A program made the translations under genes and the position numbers. Under the pieces are notes generated by a model. The model did no database searches, was not told where the DNA came from, and was given only the letters and a program-made list of their open reading frames with translations. A stretch of 32,000 nt of DNA from Erysipelotrichaceae bacterium MTC7 (GTDB lineage: Bacteria > Bacillota_I > Bacilli_A > Erysipelotrichales > Erysipelotrichaceae): NCBI GenBank assembly GCA_001695645.1, contig LVZN01000018.1:1-32000 (forward strand), in the 5' to 3' direction. This document shows, piece by piece, positions 18,317 to 28,283 of this stretch; positions within the stretch are counted from its first letter, which is position 1, and each line of letters begins with the position of its first letter.

Positions 18317-21145
18317 ATGGAACAAAATACAATACGAATAAAAGGTGCAAGAGAGAATAATTTAAAAAACGTTGATTTAGAAATCCCAAGAGATAAGATT
18401 GTCATTATGACAGGGGTCTCTGGATCAGGTAAGACCTCACTTGCTTTTGATACAATTTATGCTGAAGGACAGCGTCGTTACATGGAGTCACTGAGTGCGT
18501 ATGCACGGCAGTTTTTAGGAAACTCGGAAAAACCAGATGTAGATAGCATTGAAGGGTTATCGCCAGCGATTTCCATCGATCAAAAAACGACAAGCAACAA
18601 CCCAAGATCAACCGTAGGAACAGCAACTGAGATTTACGATTATTTACGTTTACTCTATGCACGCATTGGTGTCCCATACTGTCCGGTTCATAACGAACCC
18701 ATCACCTCACAAACCATCAAACAAATGGTGGATAAAGTGATGGAAGAAGAGGATGGAACAAGACTGCAAATTTTGTCGCCAATCGTGCATGGGAAAAAAG
18801 GTACGTTCAAAGACTTGATTGAAAAGCTGATGAAAGAAGGATATGTGCGCGCACGTGTGGATGGAGAACTAACGTTACTTGAAGAAGTTAAGGATTTAGA
18901 AAAGAATAAAAAACACAACATTGATGTTGTGGTCGATCGAATCATTAAAAGTTCAGAACGTGGGCGTCTTCATGACTCACTAGAAACAGCAGTAAAACTT
19001 AGTGATGGTTTAGCTGTGGTGCTTGCTGGAAAAGATGAACTTATGTTTTCCAGTAACTATTCATGTAAGTACTGTGATTTTGCTGTACCAAAACTAGAGC
19101 CAAGATTGTTTTCTTTTAATGCTCCTTTTGGTTCATGTCCAGAATGTAAAGGTTTGGGGGTAACGCAAAAAGTTGACTTATCCTTGTTGATGCCAGATAA
19201 AAACTTGAGTATTATGCAAGGTGGAATTGTCTACTACAAAAACATACTAAAGAAAGATAACTTGGAATGGCAAAACTATAAAGCAATGTTGGATTATTAT
19301 GAAATTGATCCAAACAAACCGTTAAAAAATATGACAAAAAAAGAGATGAACTATCTCTTATATGGTAGTGATGTACCAATTGCTTATAAGATTTATTCAA
19401 AATCAGGTATGGTCACAACAAAAAATCAATACGTGGAAGGAATTGTAAATTTAATTGAACGTCGTTACATGGAGACAACGTCTTCATTTTCAAGAGAATG
19501 GTATGCTTCATTTATGAGTGAAGATATATGTCCTGTCTGTCACGGAACACGTTTGAATGAAGCTGCGTTAAGTGTTCGCGTCAATGATAAAAACATCAAT
19601 CAATGGACCCAAATGTCCATCAAACAATCGTTGGTGTTTATGGATCAATTAGAACTAAGCAAAACACAACTATCCATCGCTAAATTGATTTTAGCAGAAA
19701 TAAAAAACCGCTTAACGTTCCTTAGTGATGTTGGATTGAACTATTTAACACTTGACCGATTGGCCGGAACCCTAAGTGGTGGTGAAGCACAACGTATTCG
19801 ATTGGCGACACAAATTGGTTCACAACTAACAGGTGTCTTATATGTACTTGATGAGCCAAGTATTGGGTTACATCAACGTGACAATGACCGCTTAATTGAT
19901 TCACTTAAGAAAATGCGTGACTTAGGAAACACACTTGTTGTTGTGGAACATGATGAAGAAACGATGCGACAAAGTGATTACATTGTCGATATTGGGCCAG
20001 GAGCAGGTGTGCATGGTGGAGAAGTGGTTGCTGCAGGTACGTATGATGAAATCATCAACAATGAAGGCAGTATCACTGCGAACTACTTAAGTGGTCGTTT
20101 GTCGATTCCAATTCCTGAAAAACGGAAAAAAGGAAACGGAAAAGCAATTGAAATTAAAGGTGCTAGCGAAAACAACTTAAAGAACATCAACGTTAAGTTT
20201 CCGCTTGGAACACTAACTGTGGTAACCGGAGTGTCTGGTTCAGGAAAAAGTAGTTTGGTCAATGAAATCCTTAGCAAAGGGGTTGCGCAAGCACTTGGAC
20301 GCATCCGCATGAAACCAGGAAAATTCAAAACGATTAAAGGTATTGAGAACATTGATAAAATCATCAACATTTCACAAGATCCTATTGGTCGTACCCCACG
20401 TAGTAACCCGGCAACCTATACAGGTGTCTTTGATGATATTCGTGATTTGTTTGCCAAAACAACGGATGCAAAAATGCGTGGATATGAAAAAGGTCGTTTC
20501 TCATTCAACGTCAAAGGTGGACGCTGTGAAGCTTGTCAAGGAGATGGAATCATTCGTATCTCAATGCATTTTTTACCAGATGTATATGTTGAATGTGAAG
20601 AGTGTGGTGGAAAACGCTACAACGAAGAAACACTTGAAGTTAAATACAAAGGTAAAAACATTTACGATGTGTTAGAAATGGATGTTGAAGAAGCTATCGA
20701 TTTCTTTAAAAATGTACACAAGATTAAACACAAACTGCAAACGCTAGCAGATGTTGGACTTGGTTATATCAAACTTGGACAAAGTGCGACAACCCTATCT
20801 GGAGGAGAGGCACAGCGGGTAAAACTGGCAAGTGAACTTCAACGTAAAGCAACGGGTAAAACACTGTTTGTGCTTGATGAACCGACAACAGGTCTACACA
20901 GCAGTGATGTGAATACCTTATTAAAAGTACTACAACGGATTGTCAACAATGGAGATACCGTTGTTGTTATTGAACATAATTTGGATGTGATCAAATGTGC
21001 AGATTATATTATTGATATTGGACCAGAAGGTGGAGATGAAGGTGGTCAAATCATGGGTATGGGTACCCCTGAAAAAATCGCTGCGATTCCAGAGTCTTAC
21101 ACAGGTCAATACTTAAAACCAATCTTAGAGGAGAAAAACAAATGA
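18317..21145 (+). CDS. uvrA: Excinuclease ABC subunit A
   Basis: 942 aa with two ABC modules (GVSGSGKTSLAFDT, GVSGSGKSSL), LSGGEAQR twice, and zinc-finger Cys pairs. Confidence 0.97.
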   Translation: MEQNTIRIKGARENNLKNVDLEIPRDKIVIMTGVSGSGKTSLAFDTIYAEGQRRYMESLSAYARQFLGNSEKPDVDSIEGLSPAISIDQKTTSNNPRSTVGTATEIYDYLRLLYARIGVPYCPVHNEPITSQTIKQMVDKVMEEEDGTRLQILSPIVHGKKGTFKDLIEKLMKEGYVRARVDGELTLLEEVKDLEKNKKHNIDVVVDRIIKSSERGRLHDSLETAVKLSDGLAVVLAGKDELMFSSNYSCKYCDFAVPKLEPRLFSFNAPFGSCPECKGLGVTQKVDLSLLMPDKNLSIMQGGIVYYKNILKKDNLEWQNYKAMLDYYEIDPNKPLKNMTKKEMNYLLYGSDVPIAYKIYSKSGMVTTKNQYVEGIVNLIERRYMETTSSFSREWYASFMSEDICPVCHGTRLNEAALSVRVNDKNINQWTQMSIKQSLVFMDQLELSKTQLSIAKLILAEIKNRLTFLSDVGLNYLTLDRLAGTLSGGEAQRIRLATQIGSQLTGVLYVLDEPSIGLHQRDNDRLIDSLKKMRDLGNTLVVVEHDEETMRQSDYIVDIGPGAGVHGGEVVAAGTYDEIINNEGSITANYLSGRLSIPIPEKRKKGNGKAIEIKGASENNLKNINVKFPLGTLTVVTGVSGSGKSSLVNEILSKGVAQALGRIRMKPGKFKTIKGIENIDKIINISQDPIGRTPRSNPATYTGVFDDIRDLFAKTTDAKMRGYEKGRFSFNVKGGRCEACQGDGIIRISMHFLPDVYVECEECGGKRYNEETLEVKYKGKNIYDVLEMDVEEAIDFFKNVHKIKHKLQTLADVGLGYIKLGQSATTLSGGEAQRVKLASELQRKATGKTLFVLDEPTTGLHSSDVNTLLKVLQRIVNNGDTVVVIEHNLDVIKCADYIIDIGPEGGDEGGQIMGMGTPEKIAAIPESYTGQYLKPILEEKNK

Positions 21146-22080
21146 GTGTGAAAGTAAGAGAACTGAAAGAACATTTTGATTTTGCCATTCTTTGTGGTGA
21201 TGATAAAGCCTTAAACCGAGAAATTACCATTGCAGATCCAAACCGTGCTGGTTTGGAACTTGCAGGGTTCTTTGACTACTCGCAACCCAAACGTATCGTA
21301 ATCCTAGGGGATAAAGAAATCGAATACATCAAGACGATGAGCGATGCGCAAAAAGCGAAGAGTTTCGATTTTATCACAGGTGAAAAAACACCAACGATTT
21401 TGATTACGAATCGTCATGAATGTCCTGAAGAATTATTGAATATTGCACAAGCTAAGAATTTTCCAATTTTACGTTCTAACCAAAGAACCAGTCGCATGAC
21501 AACGAACTTGGTTTCCTACTTGGATGAACGCTTAGCAAAGATTGATTCTTTACATGGGGTTTTATTAAACATCTATGGTAAGGGAGTTATGATTCGTGGT
21601 GAAAGTGGTATGGGGAAAAGTGAAGTTGCACTTGATTTGGTGCGTCGTGGTCACCAGTTAATTTCTGATGATCTTATTGATTGTTACTTAATCCATAATG
21701 AAATCGTCGGTTACCCACCAAAGTTATTGGAAGGGTTTATTGAACTAAGAGGTATTGGAATCATTAACATTCGTAAACTGTATGGTTCAAGTTCGACTTT
21801 ACCAAAGAAGAAAGTAGATTTTGTGATTGAACTAACAAGTTGGGATAATACACAAGAATATGATCGTGTTGGAATTGAAGATCAAAAATATGAATGTATC
21901 TTAGGTATAGAAATTCCAAAAATCATTTTGCCAATTCGTGGTGGACGTTCAATGGCTACCATTATTGAAAGTGCAGTAACAAATATTGTACTGCAAGAAG
22001 AAGGGTACAACTCAGCAAGAGACTTTGAACAACGCGTTTTAAGTTTGATTGAGAACCAAAAACATGAAGGTGACAAATAA
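21142..22080 (+). CDS. hprK: HPr kinase/phosphorylase
   Basis: P-loop GESGMGKSEVALDLVRRGH and IELRGIGIINI are present. The start overlaps the uvrA stop (ATGA). Confidence 0.95.
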   Translation: MSVKVRELKEHFDFAILCGDDKALNREITIADPNRAGLELAGFFDYSQPKRIVILGDKEIEYIKTMSDAQKAKSFDFITGEKTPTILITNRHECPEELLNIAQAKNFPILRSNQRTSRMTTNLVSYLDERLAKIDSLHGVLLNIYGKGVMIRGESGMGKSEVALDLVRRGHQLISDDLIDCYLIHNEIVGYPPKLLEGFIELRGIGIINIRKLYGSSSTLPKKKVDFVIELTSWDNTQEYDRVGIEDQKYECILGIEIPKIILPIRGGRSMATIIESAVTNIVLQEEGYNSARDFEQRVLSLIENQKHEGDK

Positions 22081-23561
22081 TGCGTTTGTTTCCAGATTTA
22101 AAAACCTTTTTAGAAATTGAAATAGGTGGGTTTCATTTAACAATTGCATGGTATGCTATTTTGATTGTTGGTGGAGCCGTGCTTGCATATTATATATCCT
22201 TACGCAATGCCAAAAAGATTGGTTATGGCAAAGAATTGTTAGAAGACTACTTCTTGATGATGATGCCACTTGCAATTCTTGGAGCACGTGTTTGGTATGT
22301 CCTGTTTGACTGGGCAAGTTTTGCTAGTGAACCCATTCGCGTTTTCTATATATGGGAAGGTGGACTTGCCATTCATGGTGGCTTGCTTACAGGAATTATT
22401 TTCTCGTATTTTTTCTTTCGTGCGCGCGGGGTGAATATTTTACGTATTGGTGATTGCATCATGCCAAATGTACTGATTGCACAGGCGATTGGTCGTTGGG
22501 GAAACTTCATGAATCAAGAAGCCTATGGTGGTATTGTTGATGCTTCTTACTTTGAACATTTTCCTAATTTTATACGCGATACGATGTTTATTGATGGTGC
22601 CTATCGTCAACCGATGTTTCTGATTGAAGGAATTGGAAACATCATTGGGTTTATCCTAATTGTGACATTGTTCAAACGCTTTTTACGAAAAAAGAATGGA
22701 GACATGATTTTCGCATATGTGATTTGGTATGGTATCGTGCGCTTTATTGTAGAAATTTATCGTACGGATGCGCTTTATGCTGGTAGCTTAAAAATCGCAC
22801 AGATTACAAGTATCGTCTTTGTGCTTGTAGGACTCTTAGGCTTGGCAGGAGTGTTTGATAAACTGTTAAAGCATGTATATCCATTTAAAAAAGAAAAACC
22901 GGTTGTCCTCTTTGATGCAGATGGAACCTTGATTGATACACAACAATTGATCTTTGATAGTTTCCGTCATACGTTTGCAACGTTAAAACCAGAAATCGTA
23001 TTAAGTGATGAGGACTTGTTGCCATTTATGGGACCACCGCTTTATGAAAGTCTTGCCAAATATTTCGATGCAAGTGAAGTGGATCACGCACTTGAAGTGT
23101 ACCGTGAATTCAATCATGGAAAACACGATGCATACGTGAAAGCCATTCATCATGCAAAAGAATTGTTACAATACTTAAAAGACAACGATTATGAAATAGG
23201 TGTGGTATCAAGTAAGATGCACTGGTTGGTGGATCAAGGACTTTCGGAAAGTGGATTGTCAGATTTCTTTGATGTCATTATTGGACGTGAAGATGTCACA
23301 AACTACAAACCAAATCCAGAACCGTTGTTGCTTGCATGTAAAGAAATGCGAGTTTCGCATGATGATCTTATTTATGTTGGAGATGCACCTAGCGATGTCA
23401 TGGCTGCAAAGAATATGGGTGCTGTAAGTATTGCTTTTATTCATGATATACGAAACAAAGAAGCATTATCAAAGACAAACCCTAGTTACATGGTATATGA
23501 TTTGATTGAGATTAAAGAAATACTTAAGGAGGATCGCACATGGAACGAATTAGTGATGTAG
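22080..23561 (+). CDS. lgt: Fusion protein: prolipoprotein diacylglyceryl transferase (Lgt) plus PpaX-like HAD pyrophosphatase
   Basis: Residues 1 to ~265 are Lgt (GRWGNFMNQEAYG signature, polytopic). From ~270 the sequence is HAD: FDADGTLIDT, LPFMGPPL, YREFNHGKHD, VGDAPSDV. This aligns by eye with B. subtilis PpaX (YvoE). It is a single uninterrupted 493-codon frame. Confidence 0.85.
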   Translation: MRLFPDLKTFLEIEIGGFHLTIAWYAILIVGGAVLAYYISLRNAKKIGYGKELLEDYFLMMMPLAILGARVWYVLFDWASFASEPIRVFYIWEGGLAIHGGLLTGIIFSYFFFRARGVNILRIGDCIMPNVLIAQAIGRWGNFMNQEAYGGIVDASYFEHFPNFIRDTMFIDGAYRQPMFLIEGIGNIIGFILIVTLFKRFLRKKNGDMIFAYVIWYGIVRFIVEIYRTDALYAGSLKIAQITSIVFVLVGLLGLAGVFDKLLKHVYPFKKEKPVVLFDADGTLIDTQQLIFDSFRHTFATLKPEIVLSDEDLLPFMGPPLYESLAKYFDASEVDHALEVYREFNHGKHDAYVKAIHHAKELLQYLKDNDYEIGVVSSKMHWLVDQGLSESGLSDFFDVIIGREDVTNYKPNPEPLLLACKEMRVSHDDLIYVGDAPSDVMAAKNMGAVSIAFIHDIRNKEALSKTNPSYMVYDLIEIKEILKEDRTWNELVM

Positions 23562-24475
23562 TGATCATCGGAGCTGGACCTGCAGGAATGACTGCAGCGA
23601 TTTATGCTTCACGCGCTGGATTAAAAACCATCATGCTTGAAGCAGGAGCCCCTGGTGGAAAACTAACAAAAACAAATGAAATAAGTAATTATCCTGGATA
23701 CGCTTCGGCAAATGGATTTGAACTTGCAACACAAATGTTTCAACATTCAACAACTTTCGGTGCCCAATATGTATACGGAAATGTGGTAGATATCGAAATT
23801 GATAAAACAAACAGTGGATTTCATTCTGTCATTACAGATGATGATACTGTATATAAAACAAGAAGTGTTATCATTGCCACAGGAACAAAGGAACAATTGT
23901 TAAACGTGCCTGGAGAAATGGAAAACATTGGACGTGGTGTAAGTTATTGTGCTGTTTGTGACGGAGCTTTTTTCAAAGGAAAGAAAGTTGCTGTCATCGG
24001 TGGTGGTAACTCGGCATTGGAAGAAGCACTATACTTGGCAACACTTGTCGAAAAGGTATATGTCGTCATTCGACGTGATGTCTTTAGAGCTGATCGTATT
24101 GTCGTTGAACATATTGAAAACACACCAAACATCGAAGTGATTCGTGAAAAAAAGGTCGAAGAAATCGTAAGCGATGGAACGGCAGTAACGGGTATCAAAC
24201 TATATGATAGTCACGATGAAAGTAAAAAAGAACTACTTGAAGTCAGTGCTGTGTTCCCGTATATTGGAGCAACGCCAATTAGTAGTTGGATTGCTGATGA
24301 AGGTGTCACAGATGCTGAAGGTTACATCATCGTTGATGAAAACATGGAAACAAAAATTCCAGGTTTATTAGCTGCTGGGGATGTAACAAAGAAATCGTTA
24401 CGTCAAGTCGTTACCGCAACCAATGATGGCGCAATTGCTGCACAAAGTTGTGTTCGCTACATAAAATGTGTCTAA
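23540..24475 (+). CDS. trxB: Thioredoxin-disulfide reductase
   Basis: GAGPAGMTAA, the redox-active CAVCDG, and GGGNSALEEA are present. The RBS is AAGGAGG. It overlaps the previous gene by 22 nt. Confidence 0.95.
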   Translation: MERISDVVIIGAGPAGMTAAIYASRAGLKTIMLEAGAPGGKLTKTNEISNYPGYASANGFELATQMFQHSTTFGAQYVYGNVVDIEIDKTNSGFHSVITDDDTVYKTRSVIIATGTKEQLLNVPGEMENIGRGVSYCAVCDGAFFKGKKVAVIGGGNSALEEALYLATLVEKVYVVIRRDVFRADRIVVEHIENTPNIEVIREKKVEEIVSDGTAVTGIKLYDSHDESKKELLEVSAVFPYIGATPISSWIADEGVTDAEGYIIVDENMETKIPGLLAAGDVTKKSLRQVVTATNDGAIAAQSCVRYIKCV

Positions 24476-24478
24476 ATC

Positions 24479-24513
24479 AAACACTTGCCATATAAATGGT
24501 GAGTGTTTTTTTG
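24479..24513 (+). terminator. Terminator after trxB
   Basis: AAACACTTGCCAT (24479-24491) pairs with ATGGTGAGTGTTT (24496-24508), with two G-U pairs and an ATAA loop, followed by a T-run to 24513. Confidence 0.8.
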
Positions 24514-24538
24514 TTATACTACAAAAGAGGGCGAATGT

Positions 24539-25195
24539 ATGAGAATAGAAAAGCTAACAAAACGAACAACAATATTTACGATTTTTGAAGCATGTGAAGG
24601 ATTTGATTTACACATTCAATTAATCGAAGGGAAACACCGAAACTATGTCATCGATACAGGGCTAGGAAGCAAAAGTTTAGAGCCGATATTAACATATTTA
24701 AAGGATAGTGAAAAAGAACTTATTGTGATTAATACACATCATCACTACGACCACATATGGGGAAATCTTTGCTTTAAAAATCATACCATCATCGGGCATC
24801 GCAAGATTCTTGAAGCAATTGATAACGATTGGCAAAGAGCGACAACTTTATTTATCGAATGGAAACAAGGAGAGATTGAAAAAGTGTATCCAAACCTTGT
24901 CTTTGATGATTGTGTTTCATTTGTCGATGATGGTATTGAAATCTTTTATGCACCAGGACATGCAGGTTGTGACATTGCCATCTATGATGCGGTTGATCAA
25001 ACCTTAAATGTTGGGGATAACATAGGTGATACACCTGAAAATCTAGTCCCAGACCTTACTTGTGATGTTGATACCTACAAAGCAAGCTTAGCACGTTATG
25101 AAACGTACAAAGTTCGACATGTGATTTCTGGACACAATTGCATTATGGATGCTTCGGTTTTTCAAAAGATTCGTCAAGCGCTATCCAACGAGTGA
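24539..25195 (+). CDS. MBL-fold metallo-hydrolase
   Basis: The HHHYDH (HxHxDH) motif is present. ORF 24503 would start inside the trxB terminator; the ATG at 24539 follows AGAGGG. Confidence 0.8.
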   Translation: MRIEKLTKRTTIFTIFEACEGFDLHIQLIEGKHRNYVIDTGLGSKSLEPILTYLKDSEKELIVINTHHHYDHIWGNLCFKNHTIIGHRKILEAIDNDWQRATTLFIEWKQGEIEKVYPNLVFDDCVSFVDDGIEIFYAPGHAGCDIAIYDAVDQTLNVGDNIGDTPENLVPDLTCDVDTYKASLARYETYKVRHVISGHNCIMDASVFQKIRQALSNE

Positions 25196-25248
25196 TAAGC
25201 GATTTTTGTCTATAGTTATGCTATAATATTTGCAAGGTGGTGGGTGTC

Positions 25249-26112
25249 ATGGAAGAAAATAAAAAACAAAATATAATCCTCGTTACTGGTATGTCAGGTG
25301 CAGGGAAAACCAGTGCCATTGGGGTGCTTGAAGATATGGGATATCACTGTATTGATATGTTTCCAGTGCAACTCTTAGATGAACTAGGAAAAATCATTAG
25401 TGATCAACATGATCCGCGGTATCAAAATATTGCCTTTGCGACCAGTGCACAAGATTACCAAAAATTTCTTTCATACTTTGAAGGAAGAGATAAAAACGTG
25501 CGCGTGGTGTATTTGGATGCAAGCAATGAAGAACTGTTGCGTCGCTACAAATTCACAAGACGCAGTCATCCACTCATCGTAAGTGGAAAAGCAAATACGC
25601 TTGAAGAAGCTATTGAAGCAGAACGTGATTTGTTTAACGATATCAATTATCGTAAGGTCATTCACATTGATACAACCAAGCTTTCAATCAAAGCGTTACG
25701 TCAAATGTTGGAATCAAGACTTGCACTTGATGCAAAAGACAGCTTTGTGATTTCATTTGTTTCGTTTGGTTATAAAAATGGAGTGCCATTAGATGCCGAT
25801 TTAATGTTTGATGTGCGGTTTTTACCAAACCCATACTGGATTGAAAGCATGCGTAATCAAACGGGTGATGATCAAGATGTGTATGAGTTTGTAATGGAAA
25901 AAGAAGCCACACAAACGTACTTACAACACTTGCTTCCATTCTTGGATTATTCGTTTGAACAATACAAGAATGAAGGAAAGAATCATCTAACGGTAACCAT
26001 CGGTTGTACAGGTGGACAACACCGTAGTGTAACGTTGGTGAATTATTTATTTGATTATTATCGCAATCGCTATAAGTGCCACAAAGGACATCGGGATAAA
26101 AAGGTGGACTAA
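25249..26112 (+). CDS. rapZ: RNase adapter / nucleotide-binding protein RapZ (YvcJ)
   Basis: Walker A GMSGAGKT, FDVRFLPNPY and GCTGGQHRSV are present. A TGcTATAAT extended -10 lies at 25219-25227. Confidence 0.93.
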   Translation: MEENKKQNIILVTGMSGAGKTSAIGVLEDMGYHCIDMFPVQLLDELGKIISDQHDPRYQNIAFATSAQDYQKFLSYFEGRDKNVRVVYLDASNEELLRRYKFTRRSHPLIVSGKANTLEEAIEAERDLFNDINYRKVIHIDTTKLSIKALRQMLESRLALDAKDSFVISFVSFGYKNGVPLDADLMFDVRFLPNPYWIESMRNQTGDDQDVYEFVMEKEATQTYLQHLLPFLDYSFEQYKNEGKNHLTVTIGCTGGQHRSVTLVNYLFDYYRNRYKCHKGHRDKKVD

Positions 26113-27045
26113 ATGAAAAATGTTGTTGTTATCGGTGGAGGGACAGGCCAATCTGTCATCCTACGCGGTATGAAAGATATTGAAGATATTAAACTGACAA
26201 CCATTGTGACGGTTGCAGATGATGGAGGTAGTACAGGGCGTTTGCGTGATGCATATCAAATCCCTGCAATGGGTGATATTCGAAACGTCATGACAGCTTT
26301 AGCAGAAAGTGAAACCCTGCTTTCTTCTTTGATGGATTTTCGTTTTGATGGAGAAGGTGACATTTCTGGTCATAACCTGGGAAATCTTTTGCTGACAGCT
26401 TTAACGCAAATCAGCGGAAACTTCTTGGAAGCGATTCAAACGTTTTCACGCGTCTTACGTGTGAAGGGCGAAATTGTTCCTTCAACAACGCAAATGGTGA
26501 CTTTGATGGCCATCATGGAAGATGGAACTAAAGTTGCAGGAGAAAGCAACATTCCAAAGTTTCATAACCGGATTGACAAGGTTTACTTTGAAGATAAAGT
26601 ATTCGCCACAAAGCGTGCAATTTCAGCGATTACCAATGCAGATTACATTATTTTTGGAATTGGGAGTTTGTACACCAGTATCCTGCCCAACATTATTATT
26701 CCAGAAATTGTAAGTGCCTTAAAAGCGAGCAAGGCAAAGAAAATTTACTGCTGCAACGTCATGAGTCAACCTGGAGAAACCGATCATTTTACCATGGAAG
26801 ACCATGTGGAAGCGTTGGAAAAACATACATACAAAGGTATCATTGATACGGTGGTGATGCATAATAACATCCTCCATGAGAAAACATTGAACCTGTACCA
26901 AGAAGAAGATAGTTATCCCATCTGGGAAGCGAGTCGAACACATCCTTACGAGGTCGTAAAATATGACCTTTTAAAGTTTGATGACGGCTTGATTCGTCAT
27001 GATAGTATGAAAATTAAACGAGCATTTGAAGAAATATTAGGATAA
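26113..27045 (+). CDS. yvcK: YvcK/GlmR-family gluconeogenesis factor (CofD-like, UPF0052)
   Basis: VVIGGGTGQS, VTVADDGGSTGRLR and GDIRN are present. The start directly abuts the rapZ stop. Confidence 0.93.
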   Translation: MKNVVVIGGGTGQSVILRGMKDIEDIKLTTIVTVADDGGSTGRLRDAYQIPAMGDIRNVMTALAESETLLSSLMDFRFDGEGDISGHNLGNLLLTALTQISGNFLEAIQTFSRVLRVKGEIVPSTTQMVTLMAIMEDGTKVAGESNIPKFHNRIDKVYFEDKVFATKRAISAITNADYIIFGIGSLYTSILPNIIIPEIVSALKASKAKKIYCCNVMSQPGETDHFTMEDHVEALEKHTYKGIIDTVVMHNNILHEKTLNLYQEEDSYPIWEASRTHPYEVVKYDLLKFDDGLIRHDSMKIKRAFEEILG

Positions 27046-27057
27046 GGAGTGAATGAG

Positions 27058-27993
27058 GTGTCCTTCACAAGTGATGTAAAAAAAGAAATATGTCTATATG
27101 ACTGGAATGACGATTGTAAAAAAGCACTGTTGAGTGCATTTTTGCAATTGAGTGCGTCACTTCATTTTACAAGTGAAGGTACAGCCATTAGCGCAAAAAG
27201 TGAGAATGTATCAACAGCGAAGTACATTTACCAAATCATTAAAGAGTTATATCAAGTAGAAACACAACTTTCTATTATAAAAAAGATGAAGCTGAAAAAG
27301 AATAATATCTACGTGATTCGCATCAAAACCAAAGCACTCGAAATCTTAACCGATTTAGATATATTGAATGATGCAGGGTTGAATGAAACCCCAAGTAAAA
27401 AAATCGTAAAAGATGAAGACTGCATCAGAGCATACTTAGCAGGTGCATTTCTAGCCAATGGAAGTGTGAACTCACCAGTGAAAAGTAACTACCATTTAGA
27501 AATCACTACGACACATAGTGCGTTGGCAAAATATTTAGCGAAACAAATGAATCATTTTCACTTGTTAGCGAAAGTCACAAAACGTAGAAACCATGAGATG
27601 GCCTACATCAAAGCGAGTGATAAGATTAGTGATTTCTTAAAAATTGTTGGTGCAAGTACCTCCTTGTTTGCCTTTGAAGATACGCGAATTCAAAGAGACT
27701 TTATGAACTCGTTAACACGTTTGGATAACTGTGAACTAGCAAATGAAGTGAAGACGATGAAGGCGGCTCAAAAACAATTGGAAGATATTGACTGGATTGA
27801 TAACTATGGGGGAATTGAGAACTTAGCAGAACCTTTACAACGCGTCGCTTATACACGAAAAGCCCATCCAGAAGCCAATCTAAACGAGTTATGTGAATAC
27901 TATGAAGAAACATACAACGAAAGTATTTCGAAATCTGGAATACGTCATCGTTTGAATAAAATACGCGACATTGCGCAAGAGTACAAACGTTAG
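27058..27993 (+). CDS. whiA: DNA-binding protein WhiA
   Basis: ORF 27049..27993; the GTG at 27058 lies 8 nt after AAGGAG and gives MSFTSDVKKE, matching the usual WhiA N-terminus. LAGAFLANGSVNSP (degenerate LAGLIDADG) and a C-terminal HTH are present. Confidence 0.93.
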   Translation: MSFTSDVKKEICLYDWNDDCKKALLSAFLQLSASLHFTSEGTAISAKSENVSTAKYIYQIIKELYQVETQLSIIKKMKLKKNNIYVIRIKTKALEILTDLDILNDAGLNETPSKKIVKDEDCIRAYLAGAFLANGSVNSPVKSNYHLEITTTHSALAKYLAKQMNHFHLLAKVTKRRNHEMAYIKASDKISDFLKIVGASTSLFAFEDTRIQRDFMNSLTRLDNCELANEVKTMKAAQKQLEDIDWIDNYGGIENLAEPLQRVAYTRKAHPEANLNELCEYYEETYNESISKSGIRHRLNKIRDIAQEYKR

Positions 27994-28007
27994 GAGGAAC
28001 TAGAACT

Positions 28008-28283
28008 ATGGAAAATTTAAGAAAGATTTTAGTAGCCATCTTGGGTGTATTGATTTTCATCTGGTTGATTCCAGTGTTTGCTTGGTTATTCGTGCTTATT
28101 TGTATTGTGGGTCTGGTCATTTACATCTACTACCGTTATCGCATTCGTAAGATGATGAATGATGATGAGTATCCGTATTATCGAAGTAAGGATGCTTATG
28201 AAGACGAACGTGATGATGCAAGCGGCTCACGCATTGATCCTGATGTGATTGATGTAGAATATACAGAGAGGGAAGATGAATAA
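28008..28283 (+). CDS. Hypothetical small membrane protein with acidic C-terminal tail
   Basis: Strong RBS AGGAGG (27992-27997). It has a ~36-residue hydrophobic block, then RYRIRK, then a D/E/Y-rich tail ending IDVEYTEREDE. It overlaps the next gene by 8 nt. I recognise no family. Confidence 0.6.
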   Translation: MENLRKILVAILGVLIFIWLIPVFAWLFVLICIVGLVIYIYYRYRIRKMMNDDEYPYYRSKDAYEDERDDASGSRIDPDVIDVEYTEREDE

